Assembly (NCBI GenBank): GCA_041641295.1
Contig: JBEPYO010000001.1
Location: 576,001 to 640,000, forward strand
DNA length: 64,000 nucleotides
Direction of reading: 5' to 3'
Origin: Nitrososphaerota archaeon
Lineage (GTDB): Archaea > Thermoproteota > Nitrososphaeria_A > Caldarchaeales > Calditenuaceae
The notes under the pieces are model-generated. The model ran no database searches. It saw only the letters and a program-made list of their open reading frames with translations, and had not been told where the DNA came from. The number at the start of each line of letters is the position of its first letter. Position 1 is the stretch's first letter. Shown here piece by piece: positions 31,148 through 41,265 of this stretch. The position numbers and the translations under genes were made by a program.

Positions 31148-31540
31148 GTACCCCCGGACTATATATGTGCCTATGCCCTATACCCGCGGAGCCCCCAACA
31201 CCCACACGTCTAAGCTAAATGTGGCTTCGAAGAATCTCTTGGAAACGAGGTTGCTGGAGACACCACTGCTAAACCTTCCCCCACCCATAGTATAATTTCG
31301 AGACCCTTACATTAGTTTAGGTGTCTCAAAGCTTATACGTGGGAGAGTATAAAGCGTGTTACATTAGTGTGTGGTAGGTGTTAACAGCTGACAATAGAGC
31401 AGATAAATACTTGGGAATATGGTGCTAGGCTCATAATAGATGGTGGAATTCCGTACTCCCTACCAGGCAAGGCTGCTGGGCTGTCGAGAGAGGTTGGAAG
31501 AAGTGATCAACGACTATCACCTGAGCTGAAGGATAAGCTT

Positions 31541-32701
31541 ATGGAAGCTCTGGAGATTGGGATCCGGAGCGGATTTAGCTATCATAATGTCTGGAGGATG
31601 CTGCGTGGTAGTGGAGTAGAAGTATCGAGGTCTACTGTCAGGAGATATTACTACAAGAGATTTCCTGAGAGGTTGGGGAAGAGAGGGCCGTGCCTCGACA
31701 GGTCTATTAGGATTAAGGTTTTCGGCGAGGTCAAAAGGCTGCGGGGATTGGGACATTCGTACAACAAGATCATAAGGGAGATAGAAGAGGTGTACGGAGT
31801 CCGGCTAAGCAAGTCGCAGGTCAGTGAGTGGTTGAGAGGGATACATAACCCATTCAATGGGTGTAGGATACCGTCCATAGACTTCCTAGAGAAGACCCCA
31901 GAACTCGCATACGTTATAGGGGTTGTCTCTGGCGACGGATGGGCTGTTAGAAAAAGAAAAGGCGATGCTAGGATAGGGGGCATGGTCAAAGACAGGGAGT
32001 TCATAGAAGAATTCTCGAGATGCTTGGGACAGGTTCTTAATAGGTATCCGCCGAAGCCTGCACCAATAGGAAACGGGTTCTTCCGAGTAATTGTTCAATC
32101 AAAGGCTCTCTACGACCTGCTTCGGAAGCCTATCGACATAGAGGTGATAAGACCATTCGTGGAGCATTGTGAAGAGTGTATGAAGAGCTTTTTGAGAGGA
32201 TTCTTCGACAGCGAAGGCTCAGTAAGTAGTTATGGCTCTATTACATGCGTCAACACTGACGAAAGACTCATCAACTATGTTAAGATGCTTCTAAATAATC
32301 TAGGCATCAAAACAACTGGGCCACATCTTCAGATGAAGAGAGGAACACCATTCTTCAGCAAGAAGAGGGGCAAGACCTACCGGACAAGAAAGGACGCCTA
32401 TAGCCTCTACATCAGGACATGCAGCAGGCTAAAATTCTACGAGCTAGTAGGCTTCACAATCAAGAAAAGGCAGCAAAGATTAGAAGAATACCTGAGGAGA
32501 CTAGGACGCCTAAACATGCCACCCAGCCAAACCTCCCCCCAAACACTATCCTCAACTCCCATCTCAACCTCCCACTCACAATATAGAATATCCGGAATGG
32601 CCGCGGGTGGGACTCGAACCCACGATCGCCGGGTCCACAGCCCGGAGTGTTACCAGCTACACCACCGCGGCCACCGCTACGAGTTCGCAGATTTCAGGTA
32701 A
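31541..32701 (+). CDS. Free-standing double-motif LAGLIDADG endonuclease with two N-terminal HTH-like repeats (copy 1)
   Basis: LAYVIGVVSGDG and FLRGFFDSEG motifs; no intein or host protein; frame runs on antisense through tRNA-His. Confidence 0.85.
   Translation: MEALEIGIRSGFSYHNVWRMLRGSGVEVSRSTVRRYYYKRFPERLGKRGPCLDRSIRIKVFGEVKRLRGLGHSYNKIIREIEEVYGVRLSKSQVSEWLRGIHNPFNGCRIPSIDFLEKTPELAYVIGVVSGDGWAVRKRKGDARIGGMVKDREFIEEFSRCLGQVLNRYPPKPAPIGNGFFRVIVQSKALYDLLRKPIDIEVIRPFVEHCEECMKSFLRGFFDSEGSVSSYGSITCVNTDERLINYVKMLLNNLGIKTTGPHLQMKRGTPFFSKKRGKTYRTRKDAYSLYIRTCSRLKFYELVGFTIKKRQQRLEEYLRRLGRLNMPPSQTSPQTLSSTPISTSHSQYRISGMAAGGTRTHDRRVHSPECYQLHHRGHRYEFADFR
32599..32672 (-). tRNA. tRNA-His(GTG) with encoded G-1
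   Basis: G-GCCGCGG/CCGCGGC-C acceptor; anticodon arm CCGGG-CTGTGGA-CCCGG. Confidence 0.95.
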
Positions 32702-32728
32702 TATATTTGAGGGTGCCGGGTCTTAGAT

Positions 32729-33049
32729 TTAGGCGTATTCCCGCCAAGTGTAGCCGCACTTAGTGCATCTGAAGAACTGTGTCATGGGCTCGTCGGCGGA
32801 TCTTGTCTGGACGCTCCACCAGTAGGCTTCCTGGTTTCCACACTGTGGGCACTGTACGTCGCCGGTCTTCGGCAGCACCTCCTTCTCAACATCATCGACT
32901 ATCACTGTTTTCCGCGGCTTCCTCTGTTTGTGGGTGATGATGTCGCCTGTAGGCTTCTTCACATACCCACACTTTCTACAGACCAGTACTACGCTGTTTG
33001 ACTTCCGCTCAGTGATTAGGACTGCGTCGCAGCGTGGGCAGAACTCCAT
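32729..33049 (-). CDS. tfs: Transcription factor S (TFS/RpoM)
   Basis: MEFCPRC...CRKC and CPQC...QTRSADEP...CTKC. Confidence 0.95.
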   Translation of the reverse strand: MEFCPRCDAVLITERKSNSVVLVCRKCGYVKKPTGDIITHKQRKPRKTVIVDDVEKEVLPKTGDVQCPQCGNQEAYWWSVQTRSADEPMTQFFRCTKCGYTWREYA

Positions 33050-33130
33050 GCCTCATCCTCCACCTCTTACACCGAGAGAATAGCACCGCACGGTTATTTG
33101 ATTAACCTTATTCAAGGCCACCCGCCTCTC

Positions 33131-33409
33131 CTATGATAGGAGCTGCTGTATCGACTCTCTCAACCCCTTCGCCCTTGAGGAGAGTTCGCGTACGCCCTTC
33201 AGCAATACGTCGGCGGCTTTATGCCCCTCGCGAGTCCTAAGTATGAACCTTAACGTCCCGATTAGAGGGTGTGTTAGGGTGACGCCGGCGTATTCAACCT
33301 CCTCGAAAGAGTTGAGAACCTCCTGTAGCGAATCAAGGATGCTGAAGTCTATGTCTTTCAGCTCTAGCTCTAAGACGTTTTCACCCCTCTCGATTACCTT
33401 GACCTCCAG
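33131..33409 (-). CDS. rpoL: RNA polymerase subunit L (Rpo11), apparent CTG start
   Basis: Read manually: (M)EVKVIERGENVLELEL...VEYAGVTLTHPLIG...; 92 aa; conserved csl4-rpoL-tfs order; absent from ORF track. Confidence 0.9.
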   Translation of the reverse strand: MEVKVIERGENVLELELKDIDFSILDSLQEVLNSFEEVEYAGVTLTHPLIGTLRFILRTREGHKAADVLLKGVRELSSRAKGLRESIQQLLS

Positions 33410-34014
33410 AGCAGACCACCACCCTCCGGTGAAAGCAACCCTCCAAACATCTTAAGGAGCGTATTAACCTTCCCGTAGTAGGGGACTATCGGCCTGTTAG
33501 TATATTTCCTCTTACACCTTGTGCAGAAGAGGGCTCTGCCACTCAGGGTCAGGGGGGCGCCGCATATATCGCAGAAAGCCTGGAAGACGCCAAGACCACG
33601 ACCCCTAACCGTGAGGCTGTATATGCCAGAGTAGTCCTCCCGGATCCGCGCTACAATTATGTCTCCCACGGTGAAGAGTGGTGTTTCGCGGCGTTGTAGG
33701 GCTGCCGCTGTCCAGTGGGTCTTGACCGGGTGGCCGGCTGCAGCGAGTATGTCGCAGATAACTAGCTTGTCTTGGACCTCTCTAACTTGGCAGAGGACGA
33801 GGTCTCCCGTCCTGATCTTTACCGAGGGCTTTGCGGCCTTGACAGAGACCGAGTGTCTCTTCAAGTCGTACTCCGCAACCCCAGCGACGGTTGCCACCAC
33901 GGCCCCGTCTTTTAGGACCTCTGCACCCTCACCCGGCATGAACTCCTCCACTACGCAGAGCTTATCGCCTGGAAGGACTAGCCTGCCTGATGCTTGAAAC
34001 CTCACTCCGAGCAT
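33394..34014 (-). CDS. csl4: Exosome subunit Csl4
   Basis: VLPGDKLCVVEEFMPGEG, S1 domain, C-terminal CDIC...CTRC Zn ribbon. Confidence 0.85.
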   Translation of the reverse strand: MLGVRFQASGRLVLPGDKLCVVEEFMPGEGAEVLKDGAVVATVAGVAEYDLKRHSVSVKAAKPSVKIRTGDLVLCQVREVQDKLVICDILAAAGHPVKTHWTAAALQRRETPLFTVGDIIVARIREDYSGIYSLTVRGRGLGVFQAFCDICGAPLTLSGRALFCTRCKRKYTNRPIVPYYGKVNTLLKMFGGLLSPEGGGLLWRSR

Positions 34015-34042
34015 AGACTGCTACGGGGAGTAGATAAAGTAG

Positions 34043-34666
34043 ATGTTCCATCATGAGGGGTGTGAGATGGGTGGGCGGGGGTTGATTGTGGCCATCGAAG
34101 GAATTGACGGCGCTGGGAAGACAACCCAGGCTAAGCGGCTTGTGAGATTTCTAAGGTCGAAGGGCGTGGCGGCAGAGTATACCTCGGAGCCGACCAGCTC
34201 CGCCCTCGGAAAGATGATTAAGTCCTACTTGAGGCGGGGAGGAGTGGACCCCCACCTGCTGGCCCTCCTCTTCGCAGCAGACAGAGTCTACCATCTAAAC
34301 AAAACTGTCAACCCATTGCTGGAGAGGGGCCGCGTAGTGGTTTGTGACAGATACCTTTACTCGTCCTATGCTTATCAGGGCGTGATGACCGGCCATCCCC
34401 TTTGGGTCAGGGAGATTAACAGGATGGCCCCACCACCAGATATCGCTGTCCTGCTGGACATCAGCGTTGAAGAAGCCCTTAGGAGGAAGAAGAGGAGGAT
34501 AAGGTTCGAGGACCCGGCCTTCCTAGAGGAGGTTAGGAGGGAGTATCTTAGACTGTGCGAGGCTGGGTTGATGGTAAAGGTAGACGCCGGAGGTGGGGTA
34601 GACGCAGTCTTCGTCGAGCTGGTGCGGGTTGTTTCGCCGCGGCTTGGCCTGAGTCCTAGCGCATGA
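34043..34666 (+). CDS. tmk: Thymidylate kinase
   Basis: IEGIDGAGKTTQ, LLFAADR, DRYLYSSYAYQG. Confidence 0.95.
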   Translation: MFHHEGCEMGGRGLIVAIEGIDGAGKTTQAKRLVRFLRSKGVAAEYTSEPTSSALGKMIKSYLRRGGVDPHLLALLFAADRVYHLNKTVNPLLERGRVVVCDRYLYSSYAYQGVMTGHPLWVREINRMAPPPDIAVLLDISVEEALRRKKRRIRFEDPAFLEEVRREYLRLCEAGLMVKVDAGGGVDAVFVELVRVVSPRLGLSPSA

Positions 34667-34683
34667 GGGATGCTCCGTGACTG

Positions 34684-35154
34684 TTATTCTTCACTGCTTC
34701 GCAGCATCTTCTTAATCTCCGAGGCCACCGATATGCATGCCTTCTCCACACTTTCAGAGAGGCCTGAGCCCTGCTCAAATCGCTCACCCTCTATGCCGTA
34801 GACAAGTATCCTAGCTGGGAGCATCCTGAGGGAGTCAGCCAAGCCGATAATCTCCGGCAAAGTCATGGTGTGTGTCGACCTCCACGCAGCCGTCTTTGAT
34901 AGTTTGTCCGTCGAGTCGAGCCTGTGGATGGTTCCTCCACCAGAGAATTTCTCCATGGCATCGACTATGACCAAGAGGTCTATGTCGCCTGTCAGGTGGT
35001 CTAGAAGCTCGGTGAGCGTCTGAAGCCTGATAACCTCTGCACCAGCCTCTCCCGAGAGCAGGTCGGCGACCCTATGCCCAGCCCCATCATCACCCCTAAA
35101 CGTGTTGCCGATACACGCCACCATTACGCGTCTTCTGCGGCTACTCTTCCTCAA
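34684..35154 (-). CDS. Hydrogenase maturation protease
   Basis: [17 protein letters not shown] motifs; last gene of the hydrogenase operon. Confidence 0.9.
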   Translation of the reverse strand: MRKSSRRRRVMVACIGNTFRGDDGAGHRVADLLSGEAGAEVIRLQTLTELLDHLTGDIDLLVIVDAMEKFSGGGTIHRLDSTDKLSKTAAWRSTHTMTLPEIIGLADSLRMLPARILVYGIEGERFEQGSGLSESVEKACISVASEIKKMLRSSEE

Positions 35155-36436
35155 TCTCCAGCTTTAGGAAGTGTGTCGCACAGGAGATGCATGGGTCGTA
35201 GTTTCTTACCGCCTGCTCGAACCGCCAGACTGCCTGGCTACGTGGGAGCCTCACTATCTCGGGGGCTAGGGCCCGGAGGTCCTCCTCAATCCTCTTCTGG
35301 TTCTGGGCTGTGGGGGGCACTATCTTGGCTGAGAGTATCCGGCCCTCGCCATCCACGTCGTATCTGTGGTAGAGTATGCCTCTCGGAGCCTCAGTGCATC
35401 CGCAACCTCTCCCAGCTCTGACCTGCGGCTCAACCCTAGGACTCGACGGCTCAACATATTCGTCGATAATCCTGAGAGCCTCCTCAAAGGAGTAGTATGT
35501 CTCAGCAACTCGCGCGATTATGCTCTTGAACGGGTTCCTGCAAGGTGTCTTAAAGCCGATTCTCCTTAAGGCCCCTTTTGTGCGGTCGTGGAGCTTGTCA
35601 TAGTTAAGGTTGATTCTGGAGAGGGGGCCGACCATGTATGAGCCCCTGCCGACTATGTAGGAGTGTAGCGCATTGGAGTGTGGGACCTGCTCCTCCGCAA
35701 AATAGTCCTCGTACTGGTCAACATCAATGTCCAATCCCTTATTCGACACAATCCTTCCCTCGTTCATCGGATACTCTTCTGGGTGTCTGAGGGAGACGAA
35801 CTCGTAGTCCTGCTCAAAAGCAGGGAACTCTAGGTCCGCAACCCACTCCAGCAGGTCTTCAACAGTCGCCATGTTTTCTACTAGTCGCTCCCTCAGCTCC
35901 ATTAGCTCGCGCTTAGAAGGCACGCGGTAGAACCCACCTACGCATGCTGAGACAGGGTGAATCTCCCGGCCACCCAGCAGCGAGACTATATCATTTCCCA
36001 GCTTCTTCACCTTGAGGGCATTCTTCACTACTCTGGGGTGTTTCTTAGCCATCTTAATTGCGTCGTCGTATCCTAGGAAGTCGGGTGCGTGGAGGAGGAA
36101 GGCGTGGAGCATGTGGCTCTCTATCCACTCACCACAGTAGTAAAGCCTCCTCAGACTCCTCACCGACGGGGCTATGGTTACGCCGAAGAGCCTTTCAAAA
36201 GCATGCACCGAGCTCATCTGATAAGCCACAGGGCAAATCCCGCAGATCCTAGCAGTTATATCTGGGGCGTCATAGTACATCCGGCCCACTAGCAGTGCTT
36301 CGAAGAGCCTCGGAGGCTCGAATATCCTGAACTTGACGTCCACCACCTCGCGGCCTCTAAGCTTGATGTAGAGCGCGCCCTCGCCCTCAACCCTGGCTAG
36401 GTAGTCCACACGGTATTCCTTCTCCCTAGCAGTCAA
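35141..36436 (-). CDS. hydA: Group 3b [NiFe]-hydrogenase large (alpha) subunit
   Basis: ARVEGEG, RICGIC (L1), DPCISCATH (L2) with short C-terminal extension. Confidence 0.95.
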   Translation of the reverse strand: MTAREKEYRVDYLARVEGEGALYIKLRGREVVDVKFRIFEPPRLFEALLVGRMYYDAPDITARICGICPVAYQMSSVHAFERLFGVTIAPSVRSLRRLYYCGEWIESHMLHAFLLHAPDFLGYDDAIKMAKKHPRVVKNALKVKKLGNDIVSLLGGREIHPVSACVGGFYRVPSKRELMELRERLVENMATVEDLLEWVADLEFPAFEQDYEFVSLRHPEEYPMNEGRIVSNKGLDIDVDQYEDYFAEEQVPHSNALHSYIVGRGSYMVGPLSRINLNYDKLHDRTKGALRRIGFKTPCRNPFKSIIARVAETYYSFEEALRIIDEYVEPSSPRVEPQVRAGRGCGCTEAPRGILYHRYDVDGEGRILSAKIVPPTAQNQKRIEEDLRALAPEIVRLPRSQAVWRFEQAVRNYDPCISCATHFLKLEIEEE

Positions 36437-37203
36437 GCCTCAGCCTCCACCTCCCTAAAGCCAGGCGCCCAAGCGTTGAAGAGTCTGAAGGCCATGACGA
36501 CTTCCTCCCGCCTCCTACCCAGCTCTATGAAACGCTTCATTAGTGACTTAGAGTTAAGCGACTCTTTAGGCCCGTAGCAGCCATAGCATCCCCTCCCATA
36601 GGCTGGGCAGATGGCCCCACAGCCTGCATGAGTCACTGGCCCGAGACATGGAACGCCCCGAGCCACCATTACACATGCCGTGCCCCTCAGCTTACACTCG
36701 ACACAGACGCTCTGGTTGGGAATGCTGGGCGCCCTCCCCGAGAGGTACGCCGAAATCACCTCGAGTAGCTGGTACTTGTTTATTGGGCAGCCCCGGAGTT
36801 CGAAGTCAACCGGCACGTGGTCTGAGATGGGGGTAGACTTGTCCAGCGTCTCGATGTATTCTGGCTTCGGATAGACGTATTTCATAAACTCGGCTGAGCC
36901 CCTCCAGTTCCTGAGGGCCTGTATCCCGCCTGCTGTCGCGCACGCGCCTATGGTTATGAGTACTCTGCAGTTCTTCCTGATCTCTTTGATGAGCTCGGCG
37001 TCGTGGGGGGTTGTGATGCTTCCCTCTACTAGGCCGATGTCATATGGGCCCTTAACTACTGCACGGCTTGCCTCCAAGAAGTACGCGATCTCGAATGTCT
37101 CGCCAATTGTTAGCAACTCCTCCTCCAAGTCGAGGATGCTTAGCTGGCAGCCATCACATGACGCGAATTTATAGACTGCAATCTTTGGCCTTCTCTTCGC
37201 CAT
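36433..37203 (-). CDS. hydD: Group 3b [NiFe]-hydrogenase small (delta) subunit
   Basis: [25 protein letters not shown]; start revised to MAKRR. Confidence 0.9.
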   Translation of the reverse strand: MAKRRPKIAVYKFASCDGCQLSILDLEEELLTIGETFEIAYFLEASRAVVKGPYDIGLVEGSITTPHDAELIKEIRKNCRVLITIGACATAGGIQALRNWRGSAEFMKYVYPKPEYIETLDKSTPISDHVPVDFELRGCPINKYQLLEVISAYLSGRAPSIPNQSVCVECKLRGTACVMVARGVPCLGPVTHAGCGAICPAYGRGCYGCYGPKESLNSKSLMKRFIELGRRREEVVMAFRLFNAWAPGFREVEAEA

Positions 37204-38060
37204 CACACCTCCCTCCGCCCGAAGAAGTTTGAGACTTCTGAGAGGCTGAAGACAGGCCCATCCTTGCAGACGAAGAACGGGCCGAACTGGCAGTGCCCAC
37301 ATATACCGACGCCACACTTCATATTCCTCTCCATAGAGATGAAAATCCTCTCATCTGGAAGCCCCTGATTCTTCAACTCCTGCACGGTAAACCTCATCAT
37401 TATCTCAGGGCCGCAGACGTATGCATAGGTGTTGTTTGGCTCGAGCCTCAAGTATCTGAACAGTGTTGTGACTACGCCTATGTATCCGCGCCACTTCTCA
37501 TCCCCTCTATCTACAGTGACGAGTAGCTGGGTGTCCAGCCTGCTCCTCCAGACACGCAGTTCTTTCTTATAGAGCAGGTCGGCTGGCGTGCGGGCCCCAT
37601 AGAGAACATAGAGCTTCCCATACTTCTCCCTGTTTCTTATTATGTGTTGTATTGCCGGTCTTAGGGGTGCTAAACCTATTCCACCCCCAACAATAATTAC
37701 GTCCTGACCCTCAGCCTCTCTGAGCGGCCACCCCCTACCGAAGGGCCCCCTCAACCCCACGCTCGAACCTATCCGCGCCGTCGTCAAGGCCTTGGTCACA
37801 GGCCCCACCGCCCTCACGGTATGCTCCAGTGTCTGCCCGTTGGAGGAGGCTCCGCTTATGGAGATGGGGACCTCGCCCACGCCATAGGCGTAGAGCATGT
37901 TGAACTGGCCGGGGCTGAAAGCTATCTCGCCACGCCTGAGCGGACGAAGCCTAATGGTGTACGTGTCAGGCGTCTCTTTATTCCGTCCAACCAATTGGCA
38001 CCAATCAATCCTGAACGGCTCTAGAGCGGTGGCCGCTCCGAGACTCTGCTCAGTCATCAC
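37203..38060 (-). CDS. hydG: Group 3b hydrogenase gamma subunit (FAD/NAD(P)-binding, 2Fe-2S)
   Basis: [33 protein letters not shown]...CKDGPVF. Confidence 0.9.
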   Translation of the reverse strand: MMTEQSLGAATALEPFRIDWCQLVGRNKETPDTYTIRLRPLRRGEIAFSPGQFNMLYAYGVGEVPISISGASSNGQTLEHTVRAVGPVTKALTTARIGSSVGLRGPFGRGWPLREAEGQDVIIVGGGIGLAPLRPAIQHIIRNREKYGKLYVLYGARTPADLLYKKELRVWRSRLDTQLLVTVDRGDEKWRGYIGVVTTLFRYLRLEPNNTYAYVCGPEIMMRFTVQELKNQGLPDERIFISMERNMKCGVGICGHCQFGPFFVCKDGPVFSLSEVSNFFGRREV

Positions 38061-38542
38061 ACCGCACCAGTCCTCGGCTCACCGTAGATATCCGCGAGAC
38101 GCAGCCTAGCAGCCCTAAGCCTGTCAGCGACAACCATCACTATGCGCCGGTAGACCTCGTAGCCGAATTCGATGTCGCTCTCCATCATCCGCAACATTTT
38201 CTCACTGTCGATCGAGATCGCCATCGTGTTCTCAACGGCTACCGCGCCGGCGGTCTTCTTGAAGGGCTCTATGAGTGAGGACCAGCCCAGAACCTCCCCG
38301 CTGCCAATGGTCTCGAACCTGAACTCACCCCGCGGCGGAATATTGAAGTAAAGAGCTACAAGGCCATAGACTATCAGGTACAGTTTTTTATGCACTTCTC
38401 CCTCGCTGAATATCCGCTGCCCCGCTGTGAACCGAACAATGCTAGCGATTGATGCGAGCTCCTTGACCTTCTCCGCCCGCATGCCCTTGGTGAAGGGGTG
38501 GTCGCTCAGCAGTGTTAAGAGCTCGACCTGCTGGCTACTCAT
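38057..38542 (-). CDS. Cyclic nucleotide-binding (Crp-type) domain protein without HTH
   Basis: [26 protein letters not shown]; 161 aa. Confidence 0.8.
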   Translation of the reverse strand: MSSQQVELLTLLSDHPFTKGMRAEKVKELASIASIVRFTAGQRIFSEGEVHKKLYLIVYGLVALYFNIPPRGEFRFETIGSGEVLGWSSLIEPFKKTAGAVAVENTMAISIDSEKMLRMMESDIEFGYEVYRRIVMVVADRLRAARLRLADIYGEPRTGAV

Positions 38543-39675
38543 GTCGCACTCACCTCCAGCACCCTCTGCCTAATCTTCGCCGCCTCCTCCGTAATATCTA
38601 TCCCCACTGGGCACCAAGTGATGCACCTGCCACAGCCCACACAGCCCATGACGCCGAACTGGTCAATCCACGTCGCGAGCTTGTGTGTAAACCACTGACG
38701 ATACCTGCTCATCCTACTAGACCTGATGGGGCCTCCGTGGATATAGGAGAAGTCGGCATTGAAGCATGAGTCCCATCTCCTCCAACGCTCAGCAACATTG
38801 CCCGAAAGAGTTGTAACCTCCTCAACAGTCGTGCAGAAGCATGTGGGGCAGACAAGTGTACAGTTAGCGCATGCGAGACACCTCTCAGCAACCTCTGCGT
38901 AGACCGGGCTCTCGAGGTTTTTGTACAACAAGTCCTTCAGACCGTTCACGTCCAGACCCTTCCTAAACAATGTTCGAGCCCTCTCAATCCTCGCAGCGGC
39001 CTCTGAGACTTCCTCGTCAGTCGCCCTCCGCGCACCGATACGCTCTAGGAGGCTCTTGCCAGCACTCGAACCCGCCTTAGCTACGAAGTAGTGTACACCA
39101 TCGCCCACTACCTCAGTGAGGCCTATATCGTAGCCCGACCCCGCCTCAGGCCCCGTGCCGACGGATAGGCAGAAGCAGTTCTCACCCGGCTCGGTACAGT
39201 TGACCGCAACTATGAAGACCTCGCGCCTCATTGCCGAGTAGACTGGGTCCACGTATGGGCCGCCCAGCAACACCTTGTCTAGGACCGAGATGGCGGCGAG
39301 CTCACACCCCCTAACCCCTATGAAGGCCAGCTTCTTCCCCAACACGTTGTTGGGGGTGACTTCACCTTTTCTCGAAACTGTGAAGAGTTTGACGCGGGGT
39401 GGATATAGAAACCTCTTCCACGAGTGTGGGCCTACTACGAAGCCGAAGAACGCCTTATCACCTCTCTCCTCTAGCCTGTAGTATCCTGGCCCCTGCCTAT
39501 CCCTCAGCCCCACTGGTAGCTGAGAGGCTGACTCAATCTCATCGTACACTATGGCACCCTCCCTGACTACTGGCCCAATAACAGAGTATCCAAGCCCTCG
39601 AAGAGCTGTGATTAGCTCGCCGAGAAGCGGGGGGTCGAGAAGATAATGATCGCTTTGATCTCTAAGTTCCCCCAT
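38539..39675 (-). CDS. hydB: Group 3b hydrogenase beta subunit (4Fe-4S)
   Basis: [32 protein letters not shown]. Confidence 0.9.
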   Translation of the reverse strand: MGELRDQSDHYLLDPPLLGELITALRGLGYSVIGPVVREGAIVYDEIESASQLPVGLRDRQGPGYYRLEERGDKAFFGFVVGPHSWKRFLYPPRVKLFTVSRKGEVTPNNVLGKKLAFIGVRGCELAAISVLDKVLLGGPYVDPVYSAMRREVFIVAVNCTEPGENCFCLSVGTGPEAGSGYDIGLTEVVGDGVHYFVAKAGSSAGKSLLERIGARRATDEEVSEAAARIERARTLFRKGLDVNGLKDLLYKNLESPVYAEVAERCLACANCTLVCPTCFCTTVEEVTTLSGNVAERWRRWDSCFNADFSYIHGGPIRSSRMSRYRQWFTHKLATWIDQFGVMGCVGCGRCITWCPVGIDITEEAAKIRQRVLEVSAT

Positions 39676-39718
39676 CACATGTTTTAGAGTATTGAAAATC
39701 ATATAAATATATCGTGCC

Positions 39719-39750
39719 TTCATGCTGAAGGTCTATGCTTTCATGCTGAA
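39719..39750. promoter_or_regulatory. Tandem palindromic TTCA-N3-TGAA boxes upstream of the hydrogenase operon TATA box
   Basis: TTCATGCTGAA at 39719-39729 and 39740-39750 (21-bp period), beside an AT-rich TATA element at 39701-39712. Confidence 0.5.
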
Positions 39751-39788
39751 TATTATTGAGATATGTAGACAAGCATAAGGGTGTGGAA

Positions 39789-40568
39789 CTAGTCTACACT
39801 TAGGCCCGCATTCCTGAGAACGTGTTTGAGCGCATCAGCGAACCGCGTCGAAAGAAGCTCATCCCTCCCCAGCCTGCCGCTCCGCGAACTCAGCAACGGG
39901 TCAAAAGGAATCTCTCCTAGAAACGCAACGCCTTTAGCACGCGCCAGCTCCTTCGTAGGACTCTCAGGGTCGCTGGTGGACATGTTCTCTACGAGGCCGA
40001 TTATTTTTAGAGACGCCGACCTCAGAATATCTATGAGTCTTCCGGCCACGTTTACTGCCAAGTGCGTCGGCGTGGTAATCACGATTGCTCCGCCACTCCT
40101 CTTAACGTATTTCGAGATCGTGAGAAGTTCGTCCCCAGTCCCCGGAGGCATGTCTACTAACAGGTAGTCGAGCCTGCCGAAGGCTGTTAGGGCCAGCATC
40201 TCCTTCACGATCTCCTCCTTGGCCTGCCCTGTTAGGGGGAGGGGCCTACCCTTCGAGAAAAGGTCGATGGACATAACCTTCAACCCCTCCACCACCGGCG
40301 GGACCAGACCCTCTCCCGACTCGACAGGATTGTCCTCAACACCTAGTAGTAGGCATGAAGAGGGGCCATGCAGGTCGAGGTCGAGCAGCCCTGTCCTATT
40401 GGATGCCCGTGAGAGCATGAGGGCGGCGGTGGCGGCTATTAGGCTCTTCCCCACACCACCCTTCCCGCCCGTGACCAAGATTATTTGAGAGATTTTTCCT
40501 ATGTTCTCCTCGATGAGGGAGTCTCTGTAGTCGAGCCGGCCCCCACTATCCCTCGACGCATACGACAT
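39789..40568 (-). CDS. Mrp/NBP35 family P-loop ATPase
   Basis: GGKGGVGKS, DLDLHGPS, DMPPGTGD, ENM. Confidence 0.9.
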   Translation of the reverse strand: MSYASRDSGGRLDYRDSLIEENIGKISQIILVTGGKGGVGKSLIAATAALMLSRASNRTGLLDLDLHGPSSCLLLGVEDNPVESGEGLVPPVVEGLKVMSIDLFSKGRPLPLTGQAKEEIVKEMLALTAFGRLDYLLVDMPPGTGDELLTISKYVKRSGGAIVITTPTHLAVNVAGRLIDILRSASLKIIGLVENMSTSDPESPTKELARAKGVAFLGEIPFDPLLSSRSGRLGRDELLSTRFADALKHVLRNAGLSVD

Positions 40569-40953
40569 CTCTCACACTCACACCCCGACCCGAGACAATC
40601 CTCAAGTCTAGGCTTCCACACCACTTGCAGGCCGCATATGACGCTATCAGATCTGGGAGAAAATGTATCATCTCCCTCTCCTCCTCGCTGAGACCAGAGA
40701 TGGCCTCGCCGAAAGTCATAGTGTGGCCGCATGAGCCGCAGCTAATCATAGCAGGCTCAATCTCGATGGAGAACTCTGCCCCCTTGACCGCGCTGGCCGC
40801 GATAAGCCTCTCCAAAGCCTCACGAAGCACACTTGTGTCGAGCATACTCAGCTCACCGACCAAGACCCTAAAGCTCCTGACACCACAGCCAGACTTTAAC
40901 GAAAAGTCTCTAACCGACTCGACAACACCCCTCGCGATCGCATACTCATGCAT
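40546..40953 (-). CDS. hypA: Hydrogenase nickel metallochaperone HypA
   Basis: MHE start, CGSC...CKWC, archaeal EMIHFLPD insertion, SGRGV. Confidence 0.95.
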   Translation of the reverse strand: MHEYAIARGVVESVRDFSLKSGCGVRSFRVLVGELSMLDTSVLREALERLIAASAVKGAEFSIEIEPAMISCGSCGHTMTFGEAISGLSEEEREMIHFLPDLIASYAACKWCGSLDLRIVSGRGVSVRDVVCVEG

Positions 40954-41265
40954 ATCTCTTAAACAACTACACTAACCAACCCATAACCCTTATCCCGGAT
41001 TTTCAATCCTAACAGTCCAAGGACATCATAGTTTGTTCTTGGACTATTTGTGAATGAGCGATCACTAAAGTATCCATATCCTGTGAATTTAGCTTCTATT
41101 GTGGCCTATGTGAATGCCTCTGGATTGACTGATCCTCCTCCTTGACTGATAGGCCTTTAGATTGGACGTGAGTGACTTATTGGAAATTTAACAATCTTAA
41201 ACCATAATATACTTTCAGCGAAGTCTCTTAAGAGTTATAAAGCCCCCATACTTGCTATTCTAGTC

